64,000 bases of DNA from Pelomyxa schiedti (lineage: Eukaryota > Protista > Evosea). Made by a program: the position numbers and the translations under genes. The DNA is taken from positions 171,027 through 235,026 of the forward strand of contig JAHLWZ010000505.1 of NCBI GenBank assembly GCA_020536535.1. The letters are read 5' to 3'. Positions 1-12,908 of this stretch are shown in pieces (position 1 is the first letter of the stretch; every line of letters starts with the position of its first letter). Under the pieces are notes generated by a model. It searched no databases, was not told the DNA's origin, and was given only the letters and a program-made list of their open reading frames with translations.

Positions 1-3000
1 TCTGCATCCACCATGAGGGCATATGCTCCCTCAGTTCGAAACTGCCAAAGAAAGGTGGCATTTCACAAGTCAACTTTTGTGCAACAACGAGAATTCTGGT
101 GATGTGTTACTCCTCACCCGATTCCAGTGTCTGTGCTCTGAAGTTCAATGACGCATATTCGAAATTTGACAACCTGGGCAGTTTCCCGCTTGACAACGAT
201 GCCGCTCTTGCGAGTGTGAAGGGAATTTTCCCAGTTCCAGAAGGACAAAAGGTTGTGGTCACATTCCCAACAGTGGCCAAGCTCTTTGACTTCGAGAACA
301 GAACTATATCAGAGTTGCCACAACTTGATGGTCCTGCACTTTTCCTCGGTCCAGAGTTCTTCGTCACTGTGAAACCGTCACTTCCCGTCACTTCAGGAAC
401 ACTTGGTGATGAGGGGGGATCGTGCGTTGTTTCTGTGAGGAGTTGCCTGCAACCCTGCAAAGTTCAGAACTGGGAAACAAACCTCCTGAACTCACACCTG
501 TTGCCCTCAACACTTCTGGCAAATTTTCGTGTTGGTGGTGCACAAGAATTGCATTTGGTTCAATTCAACCCCACCACTGGTCACGTTTCCTCTGTTGTTT
601 TGTTTGCTGTGATGAAACAGACAAAGTTCACACTTCAGATGGCCTCACAAACAACTCGTCCATCACGGTCGCTCTTGGAATACCTGCATCTCACCTTTGA
701 CAAGTTCCCAATCACAGCCTTTTGTGGTGTTGCAATGGAAGAGAAACCACACAAGTTGACGGTTGTGGTGCCATCAGCAACACCTGAAACAAAGAGACTG
801 ATCTCCAAGCGTCTGGGGGAATACAAAGAGAAGATTGCTGGTCTTTTCAAAACACTTGGCACAGCTGACAAGTTCTTCACTGAACATGTGACTTGCAGCA
901 TTGATCAAGGATGGATTGAGACCGAACCGCTCCAACCAACAGGGTTTGGAACGTGGCTGAAAACACTCATTTCACTCGTTCCTGTTCAAATTGCTCGTGT
1001 TGACAACAACTGTTTGGTGTTGTGCAACAACAATTTATCTTCACAGGGAAATGATACGATTCAGTTCGCACAAACCCAACACAGTGTTGCAGAGGGAATT
1101 TCGTTTGGACTCCTCGACGCGATTTTCTCATCATGTTTGAGCAAACCAGTTCTTGTTGTCACATCGATGGGAAAACAGAGCACAGGGAAGAGTTACACTC
1201 TCAACCACCTCTTGGGTGTTCTCTTTGACATCTCTGGTGGGAGGTGCACTGATGGTTGTTGGATGAGCGTTCGCGAGAAATCTGACCACTTGATCGTGGC
1301 CTTGGATTTTGAAGGACTTTGCTCTCTGGAACGTTCTGAGCAGGAAGATATTCTCCTTTCTCTGTTGAATGCATCTGTTTCAAATTTGACACTTTTCAAG
1401 ACTGAATTCAGGATTGATCGGGAAACAGAAAGAATGTTCAGGAACTTCCAAGAGGGTGTTGGAATGTTGAAAGGGGATGACAAACTCTTCAAGGGTTGTT
1501 TCACCCTCATGGTAAAAGATGTACCTGGGAGGGACATTGACAGTTTATTTTCAGAATTCGAGTCCAAGTTTTCTAGAATTGTGGAAACCAACCAGGGGCA
1601 AAACTTTCTTTCTCAAATGTTTCCAGGGAAGTTCACAATGATTATGTGTTCCCCACTCGGAACCCCTAAATATAACGATAGCTTGAAGTGCTGTGCCAAA
1701 AGACTGCGGAAGCAGACACCACAGTTCCGAAGTGGAGGAGAGTTCTCCTCGATGCTCAAACTGATTCTTGCGAAGTTACACTTGAAAGACTGGTCTTCTC
1801 TCTTGGGACAAGACATGGTGATTATGGTTCGAAATCTTGAAGAGGATCTCAGTTTGGCTGTATCTTGCGGGAGCAAGTCAGCAGCCACAGGTCACCAGGG
1901 ACAACTTGTGAATTTGTCAACTGGGGAAGTCGTTACCCGCCTCGAATCAGTCACAATCTCCGGTCTCAGTATTCTCATTCCGAACTTCAATTTACAGGCA
2001 GATCACGAGGCAGATTTCACCAGGATACAGGACGAGTTCAAGTGTTGCTTTGAGAGATATCTCCCAAAACCACTGAAGCAGAGCGATTTCAGAAAGTGGC
2101 ACAGCCAATTCAGTGATTTTGTGCACCAGGTCATTGAGAGCAGGAAGAGGCATGTGAAAGATTGGGTATATTCAAATATGAATAGGTGTCCTAGTTTCTG
2201 CACTGCAACCAATCCTGGCTCTGTCCCCTTTCGGAACGAATGCCCTGAAGTCAAAGTATTTTTGATGATAGTGGAGTCTTCGTTGCGAGGACTGGATGCA
2301 CTCGAGGTTTGTTCAGACACATGCGCTCGGTGTCGGTTTCCGTGTTTACTTCTGTCTCGGCATTCAGGACAACACAACTGCAATGGATCTCACAAGTGTG
2401 AAGCAGAGTGCACTTATTGCAAGTCCGCGGGCACGTGCGCCTACCAGGCCGGCCACGACGGCGATCACGACTGCACAAGAGGCCACAAATGCAACCAGGG
2501 CTGCACTCTCTCGTGCAAAACAGGTTGCAACAGATTCTGCTCTCGTGTTGTCAATCATGAAGGTCCGTGCATGTGCAATTCGCAGCAACACCTGTGTGGT
2601 GACAAATGCTCTGCTCGAGGGTCATCAGAACACTGTGACAAAATGTGTACACTTCCTTACGACCATCATCAAAATCATTTCTGTGGGAGGAGGCACTGCC
2701 TGCACAGTTGCAGCTTCCCAAAGTGCACAAATCAATGTGCATCTACAGATCATTTTCATGGGAACGAGGCTTCGGCTTCAGCCTTCCCACACTTATGTGG
2801 CTCTGAGCACGACTGTCAATCAGAGTGCGAGTTACCTGGCTGGTGCATTGTTGGATACTTTCAGAAGGTGGAAAAAGTTTCATACAATGGGCACAGGCAA
2901 AATTTTGTTTATGAGAGGTCCACCGTTCCAGAACCAAGAAAGCTCCCTTGCTGCAAAAGGGTGCCACCAGGGCAGCAAGTCCACGAGGGCTCTCACTCTT

Positions 3001-4454
3001 GCACTTATCCACAATCTGACCATCGTTGCAAACACTCGTGCCCAACCTGTGGTTATATTTGTGAACTTGAGTTTGGACACCAGGAGCAGCATGCAGCGGC
3101 ACACGGAAACATGATCAAAACACAATTTGTTTCCAGTGGCAAAGACATTGACCTTGATGGTCGTTTGTATGAAGCCGGTGAACCAGGCGCGGCGGAGCTC
3201 TGCAACTTGTTCTGCAACAAACTTGGCAGGCACATTCACATCCTCCCGTGCACAGCGGAGGGCAATGAGCCCTGTTCTCACACTGGAGAAGGAGGCATAA
3301 GGCACGCCACAACAAAGTACCTGCCGGATCCGGATAATCCAAAGGACGAGCTCACACATGAAGGTTACTGGAATGCAATTGGTTTCTGTGACCCTTGCAC
3401 GCCTGAACACAGGGAGATTTTCAAATTGTGCAACTTTGAGTGTGGCGAAAATCGCCACACTGATCCCCGGTGTCGTTGCATGCTCCCTCTTTGGCATGAA
3501 CCTTGTACCTTACAAGCCAATGAATCCGAAACTCTCAAAGACGGAAGGGTTGGTTTTGCGTCATCCGATGGACACATATTCCCCAAAAAGCATGGACCCC
3601 CAGAAAACATGCACATCGTTTTATGCCTTGACGCATCCACATCCATGTTGAGACGCAACCGGTGGGAAACTCTTGTGAGAGGTGTTGAACAGTTCATTTC
3701 TGCCAGAAACAAACCAAAGGATGTTTACAGCATTATTCTGTTCCACGGTCAGGGAATTATTGCCTGTGACAGGGTATCACCTGAGCAAGCCCAGACCAGA
3801 ATCACCATGGAACCTCATTTTGGGGGAGACACCAAGTTTTCAAGTGGTCTGTCATTTGCCTATCGTCAACTCATGGAAACCGACTGGTGAGTCCTTTTTA
3901 CCTTACTTTTGGCATGTTTTTCACCAAAAACAAAAAGGGATGAGTACCGGGCTGCTCTCATATTTATGTCGGATGGAGAGGATGAGAACTCAGAATGGGA
4001 AAGCAGCATGCTGAACATCAAGCAGCTTGCAGAGCAAAGACCGCATGCGGTTTCAACTTTCGTGGTTGGAATCGGCAATGGCTTCAACACCAAAAAGCTT
4101 CAAAGTGTTGCCACAACCGGGGAGGCACAGTTTCTCACAGTCGACGCCGTGTGTGCAAATCTGACAGCAGTGTTAAAAGGCATAGATGCCAAGGCACAGC
4201 TAGTGGCTTTGATGCCCCCATTGATCCACACCACTGCACAACAGCCCAGTGTACAGGCACCCACATCCACGTCCACGTCCACGTCCGCATCCGCATCCGC
4301 ATTCCAATTTGCATCAGCATCCATTTTCCCATCCAGTTCCACTGGCACCTCTGGCTCCATTTCAAGAACCAAATACACATCCACACGCTCATCCACACCC
4401 ACGTCGCCTCTGGTTCATGACTTCACAACGAGGAAGAACGGTGGCACCTCCTGA
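1..4454 (+). CDS. Giant GBP/atlastin/VLIG-type GTPase - Cys/His-rich - VWA protein, copy 1 (5' end truncated by the window edge)
   Basis: The frame is open from nt 3. GTPase motifs are G1 GKQSTGKS, G2 RCTDG, G3 DFEG and G4-like VKD. Cys/His repeats follow, then VWA MIDAS DASTS...T...SDG. Intron 3887..3937 (gtgagt...aag) joins ORF 99..3890 to ORF 3909..4454 and restores W-DEYRAALIFMSDG. Confidence 0.85.
4266..4301 (+). repeat. Coding hexamer repeat (TCCACG)3(TCCGCA)3 encoding STSTST-SASASA
   Basis: Directly visible. A related TCCAC(C/G/A)/TCCATA run occurs in copy 3 at about 19693..19737. Confidence 0.85.
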
Positions 4455-4787
4455 TTATTCTTTAATTTCCTCCATCCAACCCAATCTGTCTTAAACAACC
4501 AAAAGGGCATACTAGCATTGTACTCAACCGCGGATTTCACGTGCGGTTTTCCCGACATGGAGCCGCAAAGTTTGTAACAAAGAGGTCAAGAAACTTTGGT
4601 TCTGTTGGTTAGTATTATGGATTCTCCTCGTGGAGATACGTTGGAGGGGATCCCTCAAAGATTTGCAGAAATACCGCTGATCACATCTATTCAATACGTA
4701 AAGTCCTCTGCAATTGCCGTTTTTGTACCTGAACCAGAACAAGTTGGGAACAGGAAAATTTGCTGGCCGCGGAAGTAAAAGAGAAAA

Positions 4788-7700
4788 ATGCAAACGGTCC
4801 GGGAGGCACTCTTGCGGGCGAAGATCGATGTCAAACCACTCGAAGATCTGCACTTCGATTTGGATGTGCCTCTCTCTCACGATTTCGTCAGGCAACTTGC
4901 TGAAAATTGCGAGGACATGGACGCTCCGTACTACAAAACCGTCAGCGACGAGGTTGTGCGTTTTCTTTCCGAGAAACGAAATGACGATGACCAGTTGAGG
5001 GATACGTTGAGAGGTTCCTTTCACGTTCTTTTAAAAATTTGACACGTGAAGCTAGTGTGTTTAACACAAATGAGAAATAGAAATTGGGATGGATGGTGCC
5101 TCAGATTCGTTGAGTGGAGCATTGGAGACTCTGGGAAAACCCTGCACGGTGGCAGTCCTGAGGGAGGTTCTTTCTCTGCCTGAAATTCCACCTCCACTTG
5201 CGCATGTTTTCAATTCCAAAAGAGGGTGGCTTCCGAAGCTTCGGCGGAGATTGGTTCCAATGATCGACCCCGGAGGAACTCCATCATCCACTGTCGATTC
5301 ATTTCCAGGGAAGCTGACCGAGGCAGGATTCCAGGATTTGGAAGACCTCGTTGGTTTGGATTCTGGTGACTTTCAAAGACTCACAGAGTCACTGAAAATT
5401 CCAAGGGGGAGTGCAAACAAACTGTTGCAGCAATCAAAGGCCCTCGTTGGAGATGGAAAAAAAGTGTTGTACCACACATTGAAAACTGCCTCTGTATTCA
5501 ATGGCCTGATCACCACTGCACAAGAGGCACAGAACGGAAACACAGCGAACAAGGTAACTCTTGTCTCAGAGAAGGTTCTGAATCTGATCAACATGATTCG
5601 CCGTGGTTGCTGTTCACCCAGCGGTGACAGCATTGCCTTTGACAAACTTGATGAAGGTTTTGTCACCATTGGGCTTTTTGGTGACTTGAGAGTGGTAATT
5701 GACTTCCTGGTGCGAATTGGTGCTCTTCCCGAAGGCAAGAAACTCCCTGAGAACAATGGTCAGGCAGAGATACATGCCCTCACAACGCAATTTTCAGAAG
5801 AATCTGAAATGAGAGGCAAGCCAGTGATGATCCTCGTGTTTGTTCCAGGGAGCACAAGCTTTTCCAACGTTCAGGAGTCTGATCCTGCATGCCTCTTCTT
5901 GCGGTTTCTTTACAGTCTCTGTGACAAAATTTTCATGTGCTTGTCTGAGCCAATGCTCGCTGAACTCCAAAACGAAACAGGAGAAGCTGAAACAACAAGG
6001 GTTGTTGAATGTGAAGTCGAGACGCCATCAATACAAGATAGGTGTGAGTTCGAGAAAGGGTTTGCTCAGAACCTCAGCCTCCCATCGTCAGATTCGCCTT
6101 GGAAAATGATCCAATGTGATAACAGTGTTAGTTTTGTCTGTTGTGAGGAAATCAATGAGAGCACGCTTGTTTCCCCTATTAGAGGCCAGATCCCTGCCTA
6201 TTACTTCGCGCCCCATTTCAAGGATTTATTGCACGGTAAGGAACTGTGCACTGACGCTCTATGTTATGCCAAGAAGTTGGCACTCCTTCGATTGCTAAAT
6301 CCCACTGCAGCCCAATCAGTTGAAGATGGAAACAAGGGCCCACTCAAGACTCTTCAGAAGGTTGTAAAACTGATGGTAGTGCAACACTTCCAGCACGAAT
6401 GGGAGCTCTTGAACCTTAAAGCACCTCATTCACCGAGCGGTAGTCGCGTTGTCCTGGACCAAACGAGGCTGAGAAATACTGTCGAAACATACCTTTCACA
6501 GACAACCTCAGTCGTTTTTCTCTTTGAGGAGTTTTGCCCCGTTAAAACCGAAAGTCAACTCCGCGATTTCTTGAGTCTCACAGAACACGAAATGAAACAA
6601 AGAATCACTTCATCTGGGAGTGAGGCACCAAGACCCCACATTCCACTTTCCACTCTTTCATCCTTAGGGTTTGAGCCACACTTTGTCTCTGAAATCACTT
6701 CCCTGTTGAAAAGGAAATTTATGTCTCAGTTTGAAGCACTCATCAAAGAAATACAAGCTGCTGTGTGCAACAACCCTGATGAATTCTGTGGTGGAACATC
6801 ATTTTCTTTGGAGCTGGACACTGCAATCCGCAAAGAAACTCCACACACAACACCTGAAAAAATGACCCTGACAGTGTTCCAGCAGTCGACTGACAAGGCA
6901 AACCCACATGTTAGTTTTGATTGTCAGATGGCTGTAAAATTGCCGCGGCACATGAAGTTCACAGTTGTGGAATCAAATATGGAGAAAACTGCTGGATTTT
7001 CCAATGTCACCCTTGCACCTCCTTTTTGTTTTGATGTGGACGTGGTCACCGTTCTTGGTTGTTTCCTGTTGCCTGGAAGCAAGGTGATGGTTGTTGGTGT
7101 TGACGCCGAAGACCCTTCAAATTACCTCATCTGCATCCATCACGAAGGCACACGCTTCCTCAGTTCGAAACTGCGAAAGAAAGGTGGCATTTCACAAGTC
7201 AACTTTTGTGCAACAACGAGAATTCTGGTGATGTGTTACTCCTCACCCGATTCCAGTGTCTGTGCTCTGAAGTTCAACGACTCATATTCGAAATATGACA
7301 ACCTGGGCAGTTTCCCGCTTGACAACGATGCCGCTCTTGCGAGTGTGAAGGGAATTTTCCCAGTTCCAGAAGGGCAAAAGGTTGTTGTGACATTCCCAAC
7401 AGTGGCCAAGCTCTTTGACTTCGAGAACAGAACTATATCAGAGTTGCCACAACTTGATGGTCCTGCACTTTTCCTCGGTCCTGAGTTCTTTCTCACTGTG
7501 AAACCGTCACTCCCCGTTGTTTCCGGCACGGTTTGTGAGAGGGAATCGTGCCATGTTTCTGTGAGAAGCTGCCACAATCCCTCAATTGTTCAGAACTGGG
7601 AAACAAATCTTCTGGACTCTTGCCTGTTGCCCTCAACACTTCTGGTAAATTTTCGTGTTGGTGAAGGGGCACAAGAGCCTCATTTGATCCAATTCAATCC

Positions 7701-10700
7701 CACATCAGGTGAGATCTCCTCGGTGATCTTGTGTGCTGTGATGAAACACACAAAATTCTCACTTCAGATGGTGGCACCAGTGAGTCGGCCTTCATGTTCA
7801 CCATTGAAATACTTGTTGGATGCCTCGAGTAAGTTTCCAATCACAGCCGTTTGTGATGTTGCACGGGAGGAGAAACCACACAAATTGACTGTTGTGGTGC
7901 CATCAGCAACACCCGAAGCCAAGAGACTTGTATCCAAGCGGCTCCAGGAATACAAAGACAAACTTGTCCGTCTTTGCAAAACCCTTGGCACAGCTGACAA
8001 GTTCTTCACTGAGCATGTGACTTGCAGCATTGATCAAGGATGGTTTGAGATCGAACCGCTCCGATCCGTTGAGTTTGGAACGTGGCTGAAAACACTCATT
8101 TCACTCGTTCCCATCCAAATCGCCCGCGTCGACAACAACTGCTTGGTGTTGTGCAACACTGCATCTTCACAGGGAAAGACTGTGCGCGACAGCACTTCCC
8201 AACAAAATCTTGTAAATTTTACCCAAACCCAACACAGTGTTGCAGAGGGGATTTCGTTTGGACTCCTCGACGCGATTTTCTCATCATGTTTCAACAAACC
8301 AGTTCTTGTTGTCACATCGATGGGAAAACAGAGCACAGGGAAGAGTTACACTCTCAACCACCTCTTGGGTGTTCTCTTTGACATCTCTGGTGGGAGGTGC
8401 ACTGATGGTTGTTGGATGAGTGTTCGCGAGTATTCTGATTGCTTGATCGTGGCTTTGGATTTTGAGGGCCTTTGCTCACCAGAGCGTTCTGAGCAGGAAG
8501 ACATTCTGCTTTCTCTGTTGAATGCATCTGTTTCCAACCTGACTCTTTTCAAGCTAGAATTTAGGATTGATAGGGAGACAGAAAAAATGTTCAGGAACTT
8601 CCAAGAGGGTGTTGGAATGTTGAAAGGGGATGACAAACTCTTCAAGGGTTGTTTCACTCTCATGGCAAAAGATGTTTCTGAAAGAGACATTGAAAGTTTA
8701 TCTTCAGAATTCAACATCAAGTTTAAGAACATTGTGGAAACTAACCAGGGGCAAAACTTCCTTTCTCAAATGTTTCCAGGGAAGTTCACAATGATTATGT
8801 GTTCCCCACTCGGAACCACTGGATATAACGATAGCCTGATCAGCTGTGCCGAAATTCTACGGAAGCAGACACCACAGTTCCGAAGTGGAGGAGAGTTCTC
8901 CTCGATGCTTAAGCTGATTTTAGCGAAGTTACACTTGAAAGACTGGTCTTCCCTCCAGGGACAAGACAGGGTGATTATGGTTCGAATGCTCCAGGAACAG
9001 CTCCCATGGGCTGTCTCTTGTGGCAGCAAGTCAATATCCAGTGGCCATGAGGGACAACTTGTGAATTTGTCAACTGGGGAGGTCGTTCCCCGCCCAGAAT
9101 CGGTCACCATCTCTGGTGTCGGCATTCCCATTCCGAACTTCAATCTGCAAGCAGACCGTGAGGCAGATTTCACCAGGATAAGAGATGAGCTCAAGTGTCG
9201 TTTTGAGAATTATCTTTCAAAACCACTGAAGCAGAGTGATTTCAGGCCATGGCACAGCCAATTCAGTGATTTTGTGCACCAGGTCATTGAGAGCAGGAAG
9301 AGGCATGTGAAAGATTGGGTCTGTTCAAACACGAACAGGTCGCCTGCTTCTGTTCCTCCTCAGGACGAATGCCCTGAAGTCCAAGCATTTTTGGCTACAG
9401 TGGAGTTTTCGTTGCGAGGACTGGATTCACTCGAGGTTTGTTCAGACACGTGCACTTGGTGTCGGTTTCCGTGTTTACTTCTGTCTCGGCATTCAGGACA
9501 ACACAACTGCAATGGATCTCACAAATGTGAAGCTGAGTGCACTTATTGCAAGTCCGCGGGCACGTGCGCCTATCCGGCAGGTCACGATGGTGATCACAAC
9601 TGTGCAAGAGGTCACAAATGCAACCAGGGCTGCACTCTCTCGCGCAAAACAGGTTGCAATAGATTCTGCTCCCTTGTTGTAAATCACTCCGGCCCATGCA
9701 TGTGCAATTCGCAGCAACACCTGTGTGGTGAAAAATGTTCCGCTTGTGGACCAGAAAGACCCTGTGGTGAGCCGTGCGCACTCCCTTGTGAAGATCATCG
9801 AAAACACGACTGCGGGAGGAGGCGCTGCCTGCACAGTTGCAGTTTCCCAAAGTGCACAAATCCATGTGCATCTACAGACCACTTTCACGGGACTGCCGTC
9901 TCGGTTTCAGTATATCCACACTTGTGTGATAAAGAGCACGACTGTCAATCAGAGTGCGAGGTGCCTGGTTGGTGCCGTGTAGAATACATTCAGAAGGTGG
10001 AGAATCTTTCATACAATGGGCACAGGCAAAGTTTTGTTTATGAGAGGTCAACTGTTCCAGAACCAAGAAAGCACTCTTGCTGCAAAAGGGTGCCACCAGG
10101 GCGGCAAGTCCATGAGGGATCTCACTCTTGCACTTATCCACAATCTGACCATCGTTGCAAACACTCGTGCCCAACCTGTGGTTATATTTGTGAACTCAAT
10201 TTTGGGCACCCTGGCAAGCATGCAGCGGCACACGGAAACATGATCAAAACACAATTTGTTTCCAGTGGCAAAGACATTGACCTTGATGGTCGTTTGTATG
10301 AAGCCGGTGAACCAGGCGTGGCGGAGATCTGCAACCTGTTCTGCAACAAACTTGGCAGGCACATTCACATCCTTCCGTGCACAGCGCAGGGTGATGGGCC
10401 CTGCGTTCACACAGGAGCAGAAGGTCGAAGGCACGCCACCGTAAGGTATCTTCCAGATTCAAATATTCCGAAGGATGAGCTCACACACGAGAGCTACTGG
10501 AATTCAATTGGATTCCGCGATCCCTGCACGGCTGAACACAGGGAGATTTTCAAATTGTGCGACTTTGAGTGTGGCGAAAATCGTCACACTGATCCTCGGT
10601 GCAGGTGCATGCTCCCTCTTTGGCACGCACGTAGTTCCTTACAAGTCAATGAATCCAAACAGTTCGAATGTGGGAAATTTGGTTTTGCATCATCCGATGG

Positions 10701-11474
10701 ACACATATTCCTCAGGAAGCATGGACCCCCAGAAAACATGCACATCGTTTTATGCCTTGACGCATCCACATCGATGAATAGACGTAGCCGGTGGCAAACA
10801 CTTGTGAGAGGTGTTGAACAGTTCATTTCTGCCAGAAACAAACCAAGGGACGTCTACAGCATTGTCCTGTTCCACGGTCAGGGAATTGTTGCCTGTGACA
10901 GGGTGTCACCTGACCAGGCCCGGGCTAACATTACCAGGGAACCTCATTTTGGGGGAGACACCAAGTTTTCAAGTGGTCTGTCAGTTGCGTATCGAAAGCT
11001 CATGGAGACTGACTGGTGTGGTTTTGTTGACTTTCTTTTGGCATTGTTGTTCACCAAACAAAAAGGTCTGACTACCGTGCTGCTCTTATATTTATGTCGG
11101 ATGGCGAGGATGAGAACTCGGAATGGGAAAGCAGCATGCTGAATATCAGGCAGCTCGCACATCAAAGAACTCTTTCAACTTATGTGATTGGAATCGGTGA
11201 TGGCTTCAACTCCAGAAAGCTGCGAAGCGTTGCCGAAACCGGGGGTGCTCAGTTCGTTGCAGTCGACGCTGTGTGCACAAATCTGGCAACGGCCCTGCAG
11301 ACAATTGACTCCAGAGCAGGGCAACCAGTTGCTTTGATGAATCCATTGCTAAACCTGAATCCGCCTCCCACTGCACAACTCCGTGTGCGGGAGGCCACCT
11401 CCACTCCCACTTCCTACCCCACTTCATGCTTCACAGATCTGAGAAATTCGACAAAGAAAGGTGGCACCTCGTGA
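4788..11474 (+). CDS. Giant GTPase - Cys/His-rich - VWA protein, copy 2 (complete, 3 exons)
   Basis: Exon 1 is 4788..5013 (MQTVREALL...). Intron 5014..5080 joins it in frame to ORF 5089..11142, and intron 11016..11065 joins that to ORF 11094..11474. GTPase and MIDAS motifs match copy 1. A SAM-like segment KLTEAGFQDLEDLVGLDSGDFQRLTESLKIPRGSANKLL lies near the N-terminus. Confidence 0.88.
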
Positions 11475-11916
11475 GAGGTTATTATCGGTGTTTACGAATA
11501 AAATAATCAACGGACCAGAACTGCATTATTTTCTCTTTCAAGCGGACTGGAGTTTTTTTTTATCTGGCAGAAATTAATTTAAATTGGCAGCTGGCGCTGA
11601 GGAAGCAGCAACTTCTGTTTGAAAAGCACAATTGTGTAGTGAAAACAACGAAGGCACTTAAAATTTAAATTATTTATTTGTCCTCATCTCTTTCCACATT
11701 CACTATATCTTGTTGGGCGCTACTGGACAATATCACACATAAGTCCGAGCTATGGGTCGTGAAAGCACATCTGGATCAGTGGGTGGTGATTTTGGGCGGT
11801 GATGATGCACTTTTTGCAGTCAAATCAGGGTTCAGAGTTGTAGAGGTACAAGAACTTTGTAAGTCAGGACAACCCATGTCACACCAATGAGCAGAGTCAC
11901 TTCATCCCATCTTCAT

Positions 11917-12807
11917 TCAAAAAGTCTTCTGAACTGAACATGGGAGGTACTCATGTTCATGTATTGGCTCAGTTGTTTCTAACAACATAAGCAAAAGGTA
12001 AAAAGAAGTTGAGTACATTTACCTAACGAAGAAATCTTCACCTTGTCCAGCTGTGTGTAGTCCCGGGACTCCTCAGGCTCTGTTTCCGGCTCCGGACATA
12101 ACCTCCTTAGGATAGGTAAGAGACTAAAACACAGTAGGGGAACAAACTGGCCAAGGAACAAACTCATTGTCAGGCCCAGGATTGTAGTGCACATCGAAGA
12201 TTATCTTTGCTTTTTGCAGCCAGTTGATTTCCACACTGTTGGCTAGCGTGGTACATGAGTAACACAAAAAAAAAAGAGTGATACCTGAGGCAGCTAAGCC
12301 TCCAACCCGTATCATTAGGGTGAAAAGATGCAGCAATAAAATTTGATATAAAATTTACTCGGCAGTTGTCTTCGTAAATCAATGCAGTAATCAGGGTGAT
12401 GGTCAACCATCATACTGAAATGAAACTCGCACTTGCGCCAATTTTCCTCAACTGGCTGCTGATGTACAAAGTTTGTGAATACCTAGAGGGTTTAATAAAG
12501 CAAAAGAGGTGAGTGAAGAACACGCACATCACCCATTCTGTTTGTTTTTTTCACAAACTGAAAGCCCGCATGGTGGAGGTTACATAGCATTTTTGACAAA
12601 GGAAATATCTACCTTCACACCCGGTTTTCCTCTGCAAGGCACACCCTAGCAGAATACAAACCCTTGAATAGGATATTTGAAAGAGTCCCTGAAGCACGTT
12701 GGTAAGAATATAACTTATATAGAAACACATACATCGATAATACCGCTTCTGTGACAAGTTCCCGAACCCAAGGTGAAGGTCCCTCCATGGTCCCATTGGA
12801 TATCCAT
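11917..12807 (-). CDS. Uncharacterised small multi-exon gene between copies 2 and 3 (boundaries uncertain)
   Basis: A series of canonical minus-strand introns (gtatgt...cttcag, gtgcgt...ctag, gtatca...ctag, gtaaat...ttag) separates short open segments such as MDIQWDHGGTFTLG..., ANSVEINWLQKAKIIFDVHYNPGPD and LCPEPETEPEESRDY. No family was recognised. Confidence 0.4.
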
Positions 12808-12908
12808 TCCCACGCGCGGCAAGTCCTGGAGCGTCAAAAAAGTGCTTTTTGTTCCGTTGCTCAAAATTGGTGGAACATCAAAAACTTGCTTGGATAAAAG
12901 GGAAAAAA

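Noticed and set aside
4526-4548. Short inverted repeat AACCGC-N11-GCGGTT containing CACGTG in the spacer between copies 1 and 2
   Set aside because: A 6-bp stem is expected by chance, and it is not conserved upstream of copy 3.
12730-12788. Minus-strand MEGPSPWVRELVTEAV resembles the TPP1/Est3 N-terminal PWIRELI motif
   Set aside because: I could not splice it to any downstream OB-fold signature (SDG.H.I). The alternative MDIQWDH frame splices more cleanly. The resemblance is too short to support a call.
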